DNA of 64,000 nucleotides from Vulcanimicrobiota bacterium (GTDB lineage Bacteria > Vulcanimicrobiota > Vulcanimicrobiia > Vulcanimicrobiales > Vulcanimicrobiaceae), in the NCBI GenBank assembly GCA_963820825.1, contig CAWGBN010000002.1, positions 288,001-352,000 on the forward strand, read 5' to 3'. How positions within the stretch are numbered: the first letter of the stretch is position 1; every line of letters starts with the position of its first letter. Positions 62,446-64,000 of this stretch are shown here, in pieces. The position numbers and the translations under genes were made by a program. Under the pieces are notes generated by a model. The model did not search any database. It saw only the letters and a list, made by a program, of their open reading frames with translations, and had not been told where the DNA came from.

Positions 62446-63471
62446 ATGCGATTTCATCGGACACTTCTGACCGCGACGATCGGGGCCATGCTGATCGCTG
62501 CGTGCACGAACGCGCAGTCTGAGATAGGTAGCTCGACGTTGCCTCGCTCGCCCGTACGTGTCGGGCCGGACGCGCCCGGGCCAACGCCGGCACCGCTGGC
62601 AACAGCGAGCTGGGAGCAGAGCCTCTTCATTAACGACGTCGTGACCGTGAACAACGGTGTGTGCAGCACCTCTTGTCCGACCAAGCTCTTCAAGAACGGT
62701 ACCTGGACTGCTAACGGATCTTTCAACACCAGCGGATACCCCATGGGCCTCTGGAGCGATCAGAAATATTTGTACGTCCCCAACTTCGTTAACGCGACCA
62801 CCGCAAGTGTAAACGAGTATCGCCCCAACGATCCTTCACCGATCTTCTCCTATTCGAACGGTTTGACATTCGTCACATCTGTGTCGACCCAGCTGCTGGG
62901 GAACGTACATTACGTGTTCGTTACGGGAGGATACAACACGAACTACGAGGCGAACTTCGTTCAGCAGTACCAGCGGGACACAAACACGATTATTGCCACG
63001 TGCTACCCCCATGGCAACGTAAATCTCATGGGCGTCGCCGTCGCTCCTAACGGAAACGTATTCGTCGACTACAACGACAGTCTCGACGTCGGGCACCTCG
63101 TCGAGTACGTCGGGGGCCTGGCCGGATGTAACGCAACGCCGTTGCCGATGACCTTCCTGGGACATGTGACCGGGATAGCGCTCGACAACGCCGGAAGGCT
63201 CTTGATTTGCAACACTCACGGTGCGGCGGCCATCGACGTCATCGACCCGCCGTATACCAGCATATCCGGAACGCTTGGCTCGGGCTTCATGTTCCCGGAT
63301 TCCATCTCGATCAATGCAAACAATAACCTTGCCTTCGTTGCCGATGGGCTCCTTGAGCAAGTCAGAGTGCTCCAATACCCAAGCGGCGCACTCGTTCAGA
63401 CGATTGGTACCGCCAATGGGTTGAACGGGCCGCGCGGTGGCGCCGTGGAGTGGGTCAACTACGGCTTTTAG
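62446..63471 (+). CDS. Beta-propeller lipoprotein
   Basis: Lipobox IAAC; shares GPTPAP.ATASWE, WSDQKYLYVPN and W.NYGF* with 60740..61720. Confidence 0.8.
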   Translation: MRFHRTLLTATIGAMLIAACTNAQSEIGSSTLPRSPVRVGPDAPGPTPAPLATASWEQSLFINDVVTVNNGVCSTSCPTKLFKNGTWTANGSFNTSGYPMGLWSDQKYLYVPNFVNATTASVNEYRPNDPSPIFSYSNGLTFVTSVSTQLLGNVHYVFVTGGYNTNYEANFVQQYQRDTNTIIATCYPHGNVNLMGVAVAPNGNVFVDYNDSLDVGHLVEYVGGLAGCNATPLPMTFLGHVTGIALDNAGRLLICNTHGAAAIDVIDPPYTSISGTLGSGFMFPDSISINANNNLAFVADGLLEQVRVLQYPSGALVQTIGTANGLNGPRGGAVEWVNYGF

Positions 63472-63680
63472 TCGGTCTACGGCTTAACCAGCTCGAACGA
63501 AATCGTCGTGCCTGTAGAGAGCGCCGGCAACAGCGGCAGCGGCGTATACGGCGACGTGCCGGCGCCGATGCCGATCGGCGAATGCTTCTGTTCCATCGGA
63601 TTCGATCTAATAGCGCTCTGGCTGGACCGGCCGAGTTCCAATCTTGGCTGACTTAGGCTGCACATGGCTGCACCCAAGAC

Positions 63681-63710
63681 AAAAGGCCCGCTTCGTAAAC
63701 GGGCCTTTGT
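63681..63710 (-). terminator. Intrinsic terminator downstream of tRNA-Asn
   Basis: aaaggcccg/cgggccttt stem with flanking U-runs. Confidence 0.75.
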
Positions 63711-63714
63711 TTAA

Positions 63715-63790
63715 TGGCTCCGGATGCTGGACTCGAACCAGCGACCCGCTGATTAACAGTCAGCTGCTCTACCAACTGAGCTAATCCGGA
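63715..63790 (-). tRNA. tRNA-Asn(GTT)
   Basis: TCCGGATTAGCTCAGTTGGTAGAGCAGCTGACTGTTAATCAGCGGGTCGCTGGTTCGAGTCCAGCATCCGGAGCCA; cloverleaf, GTT anticodon, encoded CCA. Confidence 0.97.
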
Positions 63791-63850
63791 ACGTGCCGGG
63801 TGGTCGAAATGACCGGCGGACCGGGTTCCACAGGTCCGGCGGAGCCCCTT

Positions 63851-64000
63851 CTAGCGGCCGAAGTGGCGCCCTGCCAACGAGTTATCGACCATCATGGCCA
63901 CGGGGACGCCGAAAAAGAGCGTATGCGCCACGAGGATGTTAATCAGGTGCGGCGTCGACAACGGGACGCGGACGGCGTGGCCGAGCGGTACGACGCCATA
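63851..64000 (-). CDS. Partial CDS (3' end), membrane protein
   Basis: Open frame YGVVPLGH...ILVAHTLFFGVPVA...FGR* entering from the window edge. Confidence 0.6.
   Translation of the reverse strand, partial: YGVVPLGHAVRVPLSTPHLINILVAHTLFFGVPVAMMVDNSLAGRHFGR

Larger units (their letters stand above)
52433..63714. mobile_element. tRNA-proximal att-bounded unit (about 11.3 kb including 5.4 kb of IS), no integrase
   Basis: Lies between the core at 52391-52432 and the tRNA; arm repeats at 52516-52535 and 63656-63673. Confidence 0.75.

Noticed and set aside
39692..63790. CRISPR array or classical integron
   Set aside because: The repeats are tRNA-derived and kilobases apart. There are no cas genes, no IntI and no recognisable attC structures.

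Overview
GC-rich bacterial DNA dominated by predicted lipoproteins (about 29 ORFs with an N-terminal lipobox). Many are beta-propeller repeat proteins (Vgb-like, NHL, Kelch, 'GxLYGTT' GloVer-type repeats), interspersed with three STAND ATPase regulators. This gene mix is reminiscent of Eremiobacterota/Vulcanimicrobiota (inference only). The most striking structure is at the right end: an intact tRNA-Asn(GTT) gene (63715-63790, minus strand) is followed by at least seven progressively decayed copies of its 3' end (52.4, 50.3, 45.4, 43.9, 43.6, 41.6, 39.7 kb). These copies carry terminator-like hairpins and tandem GGCTGCAC or GCTCTACGG arm-like repeats. They cut about 24 kb into a tandem array of mostly integrase-less units of 0.3-11 kb. 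Nearly every unit carries a lipoprotein gene, and only a broken tyrosine-integrase C-terminus remains. Inside the tRNA-proximal unit is a nested stack of four IS elements: an IS3 interrupted by an IS110, an IS256 and a second IS3, with recoverable junctions. The IS110 carries an 11-nt match to its own target, consistent with a bridge-RNA guide. Two shared promoter/operator motifs precede several lipoprotein genes. Several regions have clustered frameshifts that may be sequencing indels rather than true pseudogenes. No CRISPR array, reverse transcriptase or rRNA was seen.
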